Below are positions 31,198 through 40,501 of a stretch of DNA of 64,000 nt, piece by piece. The notes beneath the pieces are model-generated. The model saw nothing but the letters and a program-made list of their open reading frames with translations, made no database searches and was not told the origin of the DNA. Positions within the stretch are counted from its first letter, which is position 1. Every line of letters begins with the position of its first letter. Source of the stretch: Pseudomonas aeruginosa PAO1 (GTDB lineage Bacteria > Pseudomonadota > Gammaproteobacteria > Pseudomonadales > Pseudomonadaceae); the NCBI RefSeq assembly GCF_000006765.1, contig NC_002516.2; one strand, 5' to 3'. Made by a program: the position numbers and the translations under genes.

Positions 31198-32058
31198 ATG
31201 TCCGCCGCTCCCCTGGCCAGCGTACCGCTGGCCGTCAACGGCGCGCCCTGCCTGCTGCACCGGGTACGCTTCCGCTCCGCCGCGGACGGCGGCGGCCTGC
31301 CGCTACTGGCCACCCTGCGCGATCCGCAGCCGGCGCTGGCCGTCCTGGCGCAACGCATCGAGCTGAGCGAAGACGCGGAACTGCCGGAGACCGCCGTCGA
31401 CGACGAGCTGCTGGTGATCTTCGCCAACGCCGGGCTACAGACCGGGCACGCCTGGCGCCAGCGCCTGGAAGCCTGGATGGCCGCCGGCGAGGACGAGCGC
31501 CAGCCGACCCTGGAAGCGCCCTCGTTCGGCGAGCGGGTGCTGTGGCGCCCCGGCCGCGCGCTGGTCATCGGCAACCCCGAGCGCTGCCGGGAGCTGCTCG
31601 AAGGCCTGGCCGTCTTCGCCTGGCACGAAGGTCACCTGCGCCGCCTGGAAGGCGAGACCGCGGCGGCCTGGGAACCGGCCCAGGCCGATGTCGAACTGAC
31701 CCAGCTACCGCGCCGTGCCGCCCTGCGGCGCCAGGAACATGTGAACCGGCAGGTGCGACGCACTACACTCTGGCGCATGGCCTATGCCCGCCTGGAGTCG
31801 CACCTGGAGAAGCCGCCGCTGCAACTGAACGGCGCTGTGCGCCGGCTCTACAACGAACTGGCCATGCAGGCCGAAGTGCACGATCGCCTGGCGACCCTGG
31901 ACGACCGCATCGAAGTGCTGCAGGACCTCTACGAACTGGCCGCCGACCGCCTCGGCGAATACCGCTACTTCCGGGGCGAACTGCGGGTCGAATGGCTGAT
32001 CGTCGCCATCCTCCTGCTGGAGGCCGGCCTGAGCCTGTGGGAATTGTGGAATCACTGA
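31198..32058 (+). CDS. Uncharacterised protein with a DUF155/RMD1-like C-terminus and terminal TM helix
   Basis: ATG 2 bp after the speE stop; ends in LRVEWLIVAILLLEAG. Confidence 0.8.
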   Translation: MSAAPLASVPLAVNGAPCLLHRVRFRSAADGGGLPLLATLRDPQPALAVLAQRIELSEDAELPETAVDDELLVIFANAGLQTGHAWRQRLEAWMAAGEDERQPTLEAPSFGERVLWRPGRALVIGNPERCRELLEGLAVFAWHEGHLRRLEGETAAAWEPAQADVELTQLPRRAALRRQEHVNRQVRRTTLWRMAYARLESHLEKPPLQLNGAVRRLYNELAMQAEVHDRLATLDDRIEVLQDLYELAADRLGEYRYFRGELRVEWLIVAILLLEAGLSLWELWNH

Positions 32059-32070
32059 AACGAGGCTGCC

Positions 32071-32736
32071 ATGAGAATACTGCTGGCCGAGGACGACCTG
32101 CTGCTCGGCGACGGCATCCGCGCCGGGCTGCGCCTGGAAGGCGATACCGTGGAATGGGTGACCGACGGCGTGGCCGCGGAGAACGCGCTGGTCACCGACG
32201 AGTTCGACCTGCTGGTGCTCGACATCGGACTGCCGCGCCGCAGCGGCCTGGACATCCTGCGCAACCTGCGTCACCAGGGCCTGCTCACCCCGGTGCTGCT
32301 GCTCACCGCGCGGGACAAGGTGGCCGACCGGGTCGCCGGGCTCGACAGCGGTGCCGACGACTACCTGACCAAGCCCTTCGATCTCGACGAACTGCAGGCA
32401 CGGGTGCGCGCCCTGACCCGCCGCACCACCGGTCGCGCCCTGCCGCAACTGGTGCACGGCGAGCTGCGCCTGGACCCGGCGACCCACCAGGTGACCCTGT
32501 CCGGGCAGGCGGTGGAACTGGCGCCGCGCGAATACGCACTGCTGCGCCTGCTGCTGGAGAACAGCGGCAAGGTGCTCTCGCGCAACCAACTGGAGCAGAG
32601 CCTCTACGGCTGGAGCGGCGACGTCGAGAGCAACGCCATCGAAGTCCACGTCCACCACCTGCGGCGCAAGCTCGGCAACCAGTTGATCCGCACCGTCCGC
32701 GGCATCGGCTACGGCATCGACCAGCCGGCGCCCTGA
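32071..32736 (+). CDS. pmrA: OmpR-family response regulator PmrA
   Basis: RILLAEDD, LVLDIGLP, DYLTKPF and winged-helix RTVRGIGY. Confidence 0.96.
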   Translation: MRILLAEDDLLLGDGIRAGLRLEGDTVEWVTDGVAAENALVTDEFDLLVLDIGLPRRSGLDILRNLRHQGLLTPVLLLTARDKVADRVAGLDSGADDYLTKPFDLDELQARVRALTRRTTGRALPQLVHGELRLDPATHQVTLSGQAVELAPREYALLRLLLENSGKVLSRNQLEQSLYGWSGDVESNAIEVHVHHLRRKLGNQLIRTVRGIGYGIDQPAP

Positions 32737-32759
32737 AAACTGCCTACCGGAGTCCCCCG

Positions 32760-34193
32760 ATGTCCCGTGCCGCCGTCCCCTCCGTCCGCCGGCGCCTGCT
32801 GGTCAACCTGCTGGTCGGCTTCGTGCTGTGCTGGCTGAGCGTGGCGGCGCTGACCTACCACCTCTCGCTGAAGCAGGTGAACCGCCTGTTCGACGACGAC
32901 ATGGTGGACTTCGGCGAAGCCGCCCTGCGCCTGCTCGACCTTGCCACCGAAGACCAGGCCGGCGAGGACGGCTCCATCACCGAGATCATCGAACGCAGCC
33001 GCGAAGCGATCCAGGGTCTGCCCCTGCTACGCCGCGAAAGCGCCCTCGGCTACGCCCTGTGGCGCGACGGCCAGCCGCTGCTGTCGAGCCTCAACCTGCC
33101 GCCGGAGATCACGGCCCAGGGCCCCGGCTTCAGCACCGTGGAAGCCCAGGGCACCCACTGGCGGGTGCTCCAGCTGAACATCGACGGCTTCCAGATCTGG
33201 ATCAGCGAAAACCTGATCTACCGCCAGCACACCATGAACCTGCTGCTGTTCTACTCGCTGTTCCCGCTGCTGCTGGCGCTGCCGTTGCTCGGCGGCCTGG
33301 TCTGGTTCGGCGTTGCCCGCGGCCTGGCGCCGCTACGCGAAGTGCAGGCCGAGGTCCAGCAGCGCTCCGCGCGACACCTGCAGCCGATCGCGGTGGAGGC
33401 GGTACCGCTGGAGATCCGCGGCCTCATCGACGAACTCAACCTCCTGCTGGAGCGTCTGCGCACCGCCCTCGAGGCCGAACGCCGACTGACCAGCGACGCC
33501 GCCCATGAAATCCGCACGCCACTGGCCAGCCTGCGCACCCATGCCCAGGTCGCGCTGCGTTCGGAAGACCCCAAGGCCCACGCCCGCGGCCTGCTGCAAG
33601 TCAGTCGCAGCGTCGAGCGGATCAGCACCTTGATGGAGCAGATCCTGCTCCTCGCCCGCCTCGACGGCGACGCCCTGCTGGAGCAATTCCACCCGGTCAA
33701 CCTCGCCACCCTGGCCGAAGACGTACTCTCCGAACTGGCGCGCCAGGCCATCGACAAGGACATCGAGCTGTCGTTGCACCAGGAGACCGTGTACGTGATG
33801 GGCATCGACCTGTGGCTGAAGGCGATGGTCGGCAACCTGGTGGGCAACGCCCTGCGCTACACACCGGCCGGGGGCCAGGTCGAGATCCGCGTCGAGAATC
33901 GCGCCCAGCACGCCGTGCTGCGGGTGCGCGACAACGGCCCCGGGGTCGCCCTGGAAGAGCAGCAGGCGATCTTCACCCGCTTCTACCGCAGCCCCGCCAC
34001 CAGCAGCGGCGAGGGCAGCGGACTGGGCCTGCCGATCGTCAAGCGCATCGTCGAACTGCACTTCGGCAGTATCGGCCTGGGCAAGGGACTGGAGGGCAAA
34101 GGGCTGGAAGTGCAGGTGTTCCTGCCGAAGACCCAGCCGGACGCGACGCGGCCGCCGGCCAGAGGTCCGGACAGCGGGCGGTCACATATCTGA
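32760..34193 (+). CDS. pmrB: Sensor histidine kinase PmrB
   Basis: Two TM helices, HAMP, H-box AAHEIRTPL, N-box NALRYT and G-box GSGLGL. Confidence 0.96.
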   Translation: MSRAAVPSVRRRLLVNLLVGFVLCWLSVAALTYHLSLKQVNRLFDDDMVDFGEAALRLLDLATEDQAGEDGSITEIIERSREAIQGLPLLRRESALGYALWRDGQPLLSSLNLPPEITAQGPGFSTVEAQGTHWRVLQLNIDGFQIWISENLIYRQHTMNLLLFYSLFPLLLALPLLGGLVWFGVARGLAPLREVQAEVQQRSARHLQPIAVEAVPLEIRGLIDELNLLLERLRTALEAERRLTSDAAHEIRTPLASLRTHAQVALRSEDPKAHARGLLQVSRSVERISTLMEQILLLARLDGDALLEQFHPVNLATLAEDVLSELARQAIDKDIELSLHQETVYVMGIDLWLKAMVGNLVGNALRYTPAGGQVEIRVENRAQHAVLRVRDNGPGVALEEQQAIFTRFYRSPATSSGEGSGLGLPIVKRIVELHFGSIGLGKGLEGKGLEVQVFLPKTQPDATRPPARGPDSGRSHI

Positions 34194-34256
34194 TAGCCTG
34201 CGCATTGGCCGGGAAAGGGATAGGCTAGCGGCTTCGCAACCTCCCAGGAGACCCGG

Positions 34257-34655
34257 ATGAACATCGGTGAAGCGGCGAAGAAAAGCGGACTGACGCCGAA
34301 GATGATCCGTTACTACGAGTCCATCGAGTTGCTCCGCCCAGCCGGACGCAGCGCCAGCGGCTACCGCCACTACAACGAGAACGACCTGCATACCCTGGCG
34401 TTCATCCGCCGTTCGCGGGACCTCGGTTTCTCCCTCGACGAAGTCGGCAAGCTGCTCACCCTCTGGCAGGATCGCCAGCGTGCCAGTGCCGACGTCAAGG
34501 CCCTGGCGGCGCAGCACGTGCGCGAGCTGAATCGCAAGATCGAGGAGCTCAGCACCCTGCGCGACACCCTGCAGGACCTGGTCGAGCACTGCCAGGGCGA
34601 CCACCGCCCCGACTGCCCGATCCTCAAGGACCTGGCGTCTGGCTGCTGCCACTGA
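34257..34655 (+). CDS. cueR: MerR-family Cu(I)-responsive regulator CueR
   Basis: MNIGEAAK..KMIRYYE and the C-terminal CQGDHRPDCPI metal loop. Confidence 0.95.
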   Translation: MNIGEAAKKSGLTPKMIRYYESIELLRPAGRSASGYRHYNENDLHTLAFIRRSRDLGFSLDEVGKLLTLWQDRQRASADVKALAAQHVRELNRKIEELSTLRDTLQDLVEHCQGDHRPDCPILKDLASGCCH

Positions 34656-35190
34656 TATCCAGCAGCGGCCAGCGCGCCGTCCAGTTCTTCTCCCGCAGGC
34701 GCCGCCGGTAGACCTCCGGCTTGCCGGCGAAATGCGCGGTGGGCCGCACCTTCAGCGCCAGCAGGTCGTCGACGCCCAGCGGTGCCAGTAGCTCCAGGCG
34801 TTCGCCGACGAGCCGCAGCGCCACCGCCGTGCACGTTTCCGCCCAGTGGCACAGCGCATCGGCGCAATCCCGGTAGGGCCGGTCGCCGTTGCGCAGGTGC
34901 ATGCGCGCCTGGTTCTTCACCGACCAGGGTACCTCGCAGCGACGGCGCAACGCGGCCTCGAAGTCGGCGTCGGCCTGCGGGTCGAGGGCCCGCGGGGCGA
35001 AATGAAGTACGTCGATGTCCGCCAGCGGCGTGGCTTCGCCGTAGCCATGCAGATGGTCCCATACCGCGTTGCGCACGAAGCCGGCGCCGATCCAGGCGCC
35101 CTCCGGGCCGACCTCGCGCAGCACGCGGAGCAGATGCAGGCGCGAGGAATCGGCGGCGATCAGCGCGAGGATGTCTTCCGCCGTTTTCAT
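34624..35190 (-). CDS. Nucleotidyltransferase-family protein (DUF925-like)
   Basis: MKTAEDIL start with ATGA overlap to the EamA stop; IGAGFVRNAVWD, DIDVLHF, WSVKNQARMH and APLGVDDL motifs. Confidence 0.82.
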   Translation of the reverse strand: MKTAEDILALIAADSSRLHLLRVLREVGPEGAWIGAGFVRNAVWDHLHGYGEATPLADIDVLHFAPRALDPQADADFEAALRRRCEVPWSVKNQARMHLRNGDRPYRDCADALCHWAETCTAVALRLVGERLELLAPLGVDDLLALKVRPTAHFAGKPEVYRRRLREKNWTARWPLLDISGSSQTPGP

Positions 35191-36080
35191 CCCAACCGCC
35201 GCACCGGCCAGGCGAAGCGTCGCAGCAGGCTGGCCGGCAACAGGGTGATGGCCAGCCCGACGAACACCAGCGCGCAGGCCAGCAGGCTGTCCAGGTCGAG
35301 GCGTTCGCCGAGCAGCAGCCAGCCGGCGAGCATGCCCGACACCGGCACCGCCAGGGCGAACGGGGTCACCAGGCTGGCCGGGTAGTGGCGCAGGAGGAAA
35401 CTCCAGATGGCGAAGCCCACCGTGGTCGCGCCGAAGGCGATGTAGAGCAGCGCGCCGAAGCCGCCCCAGCTCATGTTCAGCACTGCGCGCTCGATGGCTT
35501 GCGGACCTTCGAATAGATAGGAAAGCGCCAGCAGCGGCAACGGCGGGACCAGGCTGACCCAGCAGATCAGGCGCAGCATGTCGGTGGCCCCGGAACGCTT
35601 GGTGGCGATATTGGCGAAGGACCAGGCCAGCGCTGCGGCGACCACCAGCAGGAATGCCAGCAGGCTGTCTCCCAGCGGCCGTTCCAGGCCGATCAGGACC
35701 AGCCCCGCCGCCGCCAGCAGGAGGCCGAACAACCCGCGCGGCGTCGGCCGCTCGCCCAGCCACAGGGCGGCGATGAGGATGGTGAAGAATACCTGGCTCT
35801 GCAGCACCAGCGACGACAGCCCGGCCGGCATGCCTTGGGCCATGCCGACGAACAGCAGGCCGAACTTGACCACCCCGAGGAGCACGCCGATCAGCAGGAT
35901 GCGTCCGAACGGCGCCGGCATCGGCCCGCGCAGGACCAGCAGCGGCAGCGCCGCCAGGGCGAAGCGCAGGGCGCAGAACAGCAGCGGCGGGAAGTCGCCG
36001 AGGCCGACCTTGATCACGACGAAGTTCAGACCCCAGATCAGGGTCACCAGCAGGGCGAGCAGGATATGTGCAACAGGCAT
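35187..36080 (-). CDS. EamA/DMT-family transporter
   Basis: IWGLNFVVIK, PPLLFCALRF and LLGE motifs; about 10 TM segments. Confidence 0.92.
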   Translation of the reverse strand: MPVAHILLALLVTLIWGLNFVVIKVGLGDFPPLLFCALRFALAALPLLVLRGPMPAPFGRILLIGVLLGVVKFGLLFVGMAQGMPAGLSSLVLQSQVFFTILIAALWLGERPTPRGLFGLLLAAAGLVLIGLERPLGDSLLAFLLVVAAALAWSFANIATKRSGATDMLRLICWVSLVPPLPLLALSYLFEGPQAIERAVLNMSWGGFGALLYIAFGATTVGFAIWSFLLRHYPASLVTPFALAVPVSGMLAGWLLLGERLDLDSLLACALVFVGLAITLLPASLLRRFAWPVRRLG

Positions 36081-36169
36081 GGCGGCCTCCGGAAAACTTC
36101 AGGCCACGCTAGCAGTTGCGTGCGCAAGGGTCGCGATACAGTTGGCGGGAAAAAACATCCGCCAGCCGC

Positions 36170-37063
36170 TCACTGCAACCAGGGCGGCGGCGGTTCCTCG
36201 CGCTCGCCACGCGGCGCGTCGTCGGCCTGGCGCAGCGCCTGGCGACGCGCCTCCTCGCGCTGCGCGGCCTCGATCTCGCGGAGCACCGCGCGCACGTCGG
36301 CGGCCTCTTCGGCTTCGACGAAGGTGCCGCTGAGCGGGGTTTCCGCTGTCAGCTCGCCGGCTTCGTAGAGCGCCCACATTTCCTTGGCATAGCGGGTCTG
36401 CCTGAGTTCCGGGGCGAAGCGGCCGAAGTAGGCGGCCATGTTGCCGACGTCGCGTTCGAGCATGCTGAACGCATGGTTGTTGCCGGCCGCGTCGACCGCC
36501 TGCGGCAAGTCGATGATCACCGGGCCATCCGGACCGAGCAGGACGTTGAACTCGGAGAGGTCGCCGTGCACCAGGCCGGCGCAGAGCATGGCGACGATCT
36601 GGCGGATCAGGAAAGCGTGGTGGCGCCGTGCCTCGTCGGGCTCCAGCGTCACGTCGTTGAGACGCGGCGCAGCATCGCCGTCGGCGTCCGCCACCAGTTC
36701 CATCAGCAACACGCCATCGAGGAAATCATAGGGCTTCGGCACCCGCACACCGGCCCCGGCGAGACGGAACAGGGCCGCCACTTCGGCATTCTGCCAGGCT
36801 TCCTCCTGTTCGCGGCGGCCATACTTCGAGCCCTTGGCCATGGCCCGCGCCTGGCGGCTGTTGCGGACCTTGCGGCCCTCCTGGTACTCGGCGGCCTGGC
36901 GGAAGCTGCGCTTGTTGGCTTCCTTGTAGACCTTGGCGCAACGCAGGCTGTCGCCGCAACGCACCACATAGACCGAGGCTTCCTTGCCGCTCATCAGCGG
37001 GCGCACGACCTCGTCGATCAGACCGTCTTCGATCAACGGTTCCAGGCGTCTGGGTGTCTTCAT
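36170..37063 (-). CDS. RIO1-like atypical protein kinase
   Basis: SGKEASVY P-loop, CAKVYK, HGDLSEFNVL catalytic loop and IIDLPQ. Confidence 0.9.
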   Translation of the reverse strand: MKTPRRLEPLIEDGLIDEVVRPLMSGKEASVYVVRCGDSLRCAKVYKEANKRSFRQAAEYQEGRKVRNSRQARAMAKGSKYGRREQEEAWQNAEVAALFRLAGAGVRVPKPYDFLDGVLLMELVADADGDAAPRLNDVTLEPDEARRHHAFLIRQIVAMLCAGLVHGDLSEFNVLLGPDGPVIIDLPQAVDAAGNNHAFSMLERDVGNMAAYFGRFAPELRQTRYAKEMWALYEAGELTAETPLSGTFVEAEEAADVRAVLREIEAAQREEARRQALRQADDAPRGEREEPPPPWLQ

Positions 37064-37186
37064 CGGTGCTACGCGGTTCCTCGGGGCCAATGTGTAAGGC
37101 AAAGGGTCTGACGTTATACGGCAAACGCCGTGCCGAGCACAGCCGGACGCGCCGGCTTTCCGCCGGACTGCGCACCGATCGGCGTA

Positions 37187-38368
37187 CTAGGCCGGTGGCG
37201 CGGTGAGTTCGATGCTTTCCGCCACCGCCTGTTCCAGCCGCTGCATCTCCACGTCCAGCGCCTCGGCGCTGTCGGCGTAGCGCCGGGCAACCTCGGCGAA
37301 AGCGTCGGCCACGGCGACGAAGGCCTCCACCAGCCGTGGGTCGAATTCACTGCCGGCGCCGGCCTGGATCAGCAGCACCGCCTCGGCATGCGCCAGCGGC
37401 GGCCGGTAGGCGTGCCGGCTGGTCAGTTCATCGTAGCGGTCGGCCAGGGCGACGATCCGCGCCGCCAGGGGAATCCGCTCGCCCGCAAGGCCTTCCGGAA
37501 AGCCCCGGCCATCCCAGCGTTCGTGATGACTGTAGGCGATCTGCCGGGCGAAGCGGAGGAATCCGGAAGGCTGGCCGAGCCGCCGCTCGGCGCTGGCCAG
37601 GGCGTCGCGCCCGGCGCGGGTATGGCCCTGTAGCAGGGCGGTGTCGGCGGCGTCCAGTTGCCCGGGGTTGAGCAGGACCCGGTCGGGCACCGCGACCTTG
37701 CCGATGTCATGCAACAGCGCCGACTTGCTCAGCAGGTCGACAGCCTCCGGAGTCAGCTCGTCGGCGAACGCCCGCTGCGCCGCCAGGTGCTCGGCGAGCA
37801 GCCTGACATAGCGCTCGATACGCGGAAGATGGCGGCTGCGCGGGTTGTCGCGAAGATCGCCAAGGGTCGCCAGGGCTTCGATGACGGCGTCCTGCAACTG
37901 TTGCAGCTGGCGCGTGCGACGGCGCACTTCGAGTTCCAGGTATTCGCTCTTGTCGCGCAGGAAATCGGCATTGGCCTTCAATTGCAGATGGGTACGCACC
38001 CGCGCCAGGACGATCGGCGGGCTCACCGGCTTGCCCAGGTAATCCACCGCGCCCAGGGCCAGGCCCTGTTGCTCGTCGTCGCGATCGGCGCGGGCAGTGA
38101 GGAACATCAACGGGATGTCGCGGGTCAGCGGATCGGCCTTGAGCCGTCGGCAGACCTCGTAGCCGTCCATGCCCGGCATGTTCACATCGAGCAGGATCAG
38201 GTCCGGGCGCGGCTCTTCGACGGCTGCCCGCAGCCCGGCCGGGCCGCTGCCGGCGGTGCGCACGCGGTACTGCTCCTCGAGCAGCTCGCGCATCAGCAGC
38301 AGGTTGTCCGGGGTGTCGTCCACCACCAGCACGAGTTCCTGCTCGGGCCTGTCCAGCATGCTCTCCAT
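37187..38368 (-). CDS. REC + HD-GYP c-di-GMP/pGpG phosphodiesterase
   Basis: VVDD..LLDVNMP..KP receiver domain; LHDIGK and [11 protein letters not shown]. Confidence 0.92.
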
Positions 38369-38475
38369 CGCCCCTCCGGCCTTCGCTACGGGGCCGCCTG
38401 GCGGCGACCGTCATTCCGTATTGAAGACGCTGGAGACGACTTCTGCACGTCCGGTCAGGCGCCCGGGGCGACCGT

Positions 38476-38673
38476 TCAGGGCGTCAGGCGGAAACGCAGT
38501 GGCGAATCCTCGGCCTCGGCGCCGTTCTCGCTCTCGCCGAAGGCCCGGCGCTCGATGGGGTCCTGGCCGAAATACTCCTTGATCGGCGACTCGATGGCCT
38601 TGCCGCCGGGGCTCACGTGACTGGCGCAACCGCCAAGGAACACCAGGACCACACCGATGACCAGCGCTTTCAT
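38476..38673 (-). CDS. Small lipoprotein (65 aa)
   Basis: MKALVIGVVLVFLGGC signal peptide with lipobox, downstream of a PmrA box. Confidence 0.78.
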   Translation of the reverse strand: MKALVIGVVLVFLGGCASHVSPGGKAIESPIKEYFGQDPIERRAFGESENGAEAEDSPLRFRLTP

Positions 38674-38733
38674 CTTCGTACCCCCGTCAGCCCGGCCCAT
38701 CCGGGCGCTGCGCCGCAGCATGGCGCAGCCCGC

Positions 38734-38750
38734 CTTAGGGATCGCTTAAG
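38734..38750 (-). promoter_or_regulatory. PmrA box upstream of the lipoprotein/HD-GYP genes
   Basis: Minus strand CTTAAG-N5-CCTAAG, same geometry as the box at 29502. Confidence 0.72.
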
Positions 38751-38754
38751 GCAT

Positions 38755-39645
38755 TCAGGCGGCGGCGCGGCTGGCGCGCCACTGGGGCAGGCCGATGAGC
38801 ACCACGGCGCTGATGATCACCAGCATCGCCAGCCCCTCGATACCGCCGATCCGCTCGCCGGCGAACAGGGTGCCGAGCAACACCGCCACCGCCGGATTGA
38901 CGTAGGCATAGCTGGTGGCCGCCGCCGGCCGTACGTTGCGCAGCAGGTACTGGTAGGCGCTGAAGGCGATGATCGAGCCGAACAGGATCAGGTACACCAG
39001 CGCCAGCCAGCCGCTGGTGCTCGGCCAATGCTCCAGGCGCTCGCCGCTGGCCAGGCTGCCGACCAGCAGCACCGCGCCGCCGACCAGCATTTCCGCGGCG
39101 CTGGCCATCGGTCCGGCCGGCAGCGACAGGCGCCGGCTCCACACCGAGCCGAAGGCCCAGGACGCGGCGGCGAACAGGATCAGGCCGGCGCCGGCAGGGC
39201 TGGCCTGGAGGTTCGAACCGAGGTTGAGCAGGACGATGCCGAACAGCCCGAGCACGATGCCGCCCCATTCCAGGGTGGTGTTGCGCTGGCCGAACAACTG
39301 GCTGAACAGCAGGGTGAACAGCGGCACCGTAGCCACCGCGAGGGCCGCCACCCCGGAAGACACGCCCCAGTGCTCGGCCACCGTCACCCCGCCGTTGCCG
39401 CAACTGAGCAGGAGGATTCCGACGACCCCCGCGCCGCGCCACTCGCGCCAGGTCGGCAACGGCGCGCCGCGCCAGCGCAACCAGGCGAACATCAGGCCGC
39501 CGGCGATGACGAAGCGCACCCCGGCCATCAGCATCGGAGGCCAGGACTCGACGCCGAAGCGGATCGCCAGGTAAGTGGAGCCCCAGATGAAGTACAGGGC
39601 GAAGAACGCACCGAAAAGCAACAGCGGAAGGCGACGGGCAGGCAT
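38755..39645 (-). CDS. EamA/DMT-family transporter (YedA-like)
   Basis: YFIWGSTYLAIR, GSIIAFSAY and SYAYVNPAVAVLLG motifs. Confidence 0.92.
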   Translation of the reverse strand: MPARRLPLLLFGAFFALYFIWGSTYLAIRFGVESWPPMLMAGVRFVIAGGLMFAWLRWRGAPLPTWREWRGAGVVGILLLSCGNGGVTVAEHWGVSSGVAALAVATVPLFTLLFSQLFGQRNTTLEWGGIVLGLFGIVLLNLGSNLQASPAGAGLILFAAASWAFGSVWSRRLSLPAGPMASAAEMLVGGAVLLVGSLASGERLEHWPSTSGWLALVYLILFGSIIAFSAYQYLLRNVRPAAATSYAYVNPAVAVLLGTLFAGERIGGIEGLAMLVIISAVVLIGLPQWRASRAAA

Positions 39646-39799
39646 GGAAAGCACTCGACAGGGCAGGCGGGAGAAAGACTTCATTTTATGAGGTCGCTAC
39701 CCGCCGGTTAAGGCACAGCCGCTGGTTATCGGGACGTAACACTTTTCTTTCCATGGAAATCGGCCATGCTTTCCGTCGATTCGACAACCGGGATCCATC

Positions 39800-40267
39800 A
39801 TGGACAAATACGACCGTGCGCTCCTCGCCGCCCTGATCGACAACGGCCGCCTGACCTTCGCCGAACTGGCCCGGCGCATCAACCTGTCGCCCCCGGCGGT
39901 GGCCGACCGGGTGGCCAAGCTGGAGGCCGAAGGGGTGATCACCGGCTACCACGCCTCGGTGAACCTGGCCAAGCTCGGCCTGCCCATCGAGTGCGTGATC
40001 GAACTGCGGATCACCGAGAAGGATTGCCAGTCGGTGCTCGACGAACTGGCCCGGATCCCCCAACTGACCCTCTGCCACCGGATCACCGGCGACGCCTGCG
40101 TGCTGATGAAGGCCGCCGTGGCTTCGATGCCGGAGCTGCAGGACCTGATCGACCGGCTGATGAAGTTCGGCATCAGCAAGACCTCGATGATCCTCTCCAC
40201 CCCCTTCGCCGACCGCCAGCCGGCAAGCCTGCGGGGGCAGGACGGCAATGGCGGATGTGCGGCGTGA
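39800..40267 (+). CDS. Lrp/AsnC-family transcriptional regulator
   Basis: MDKYDRALL..ELARRINLSPPAVADRVAKLEAEGVITGY and RITGD; divergent from the EamA gene. Confidence 0.93.
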   Translation: MDKYDRALLAALIDNGRLTFAELARRINLSPPAVADRVAKLEAEGVITGYHASVNLAKLGLPIECVIELRITEKDCQSVLDELARIPQLTLCHRITGDACVLMKAAVASMPELQDLIDRLMKFGISKTSMILSTPFADRQPASLRGQDGNGGCAA

Positions 40268-40332
40268 GCCCTACGCCGGGGTTATCCGGCAGGCGTCGGG
40301 ATCCGTACTTCATCGCCGCCACGAACCCGAAC

Positions 40333-40366
40333 GGTAGGGCGCATAACGCCAACGGCGTTATCCGCC
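40333..40366 (+). repeat. GTAG-family REP
   Basis: GGTAGGGCGCATAACGCCAACGGCGTTATCCGCC. Confidence 0.88.
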
Positions 40367-40501
40367 GCAGCGGCACTCCCGGCCGATAGCGGAGCCGCCC
40401 TCACCCCAACTCTCTCCCTGAAGAGAGAGGGGATTCTCCGTACAAGCGTCGAATTCGCTGTCTCCAACGCCGCCGACGAACCCGAACCGTAGGGCGCCAG
40501 C

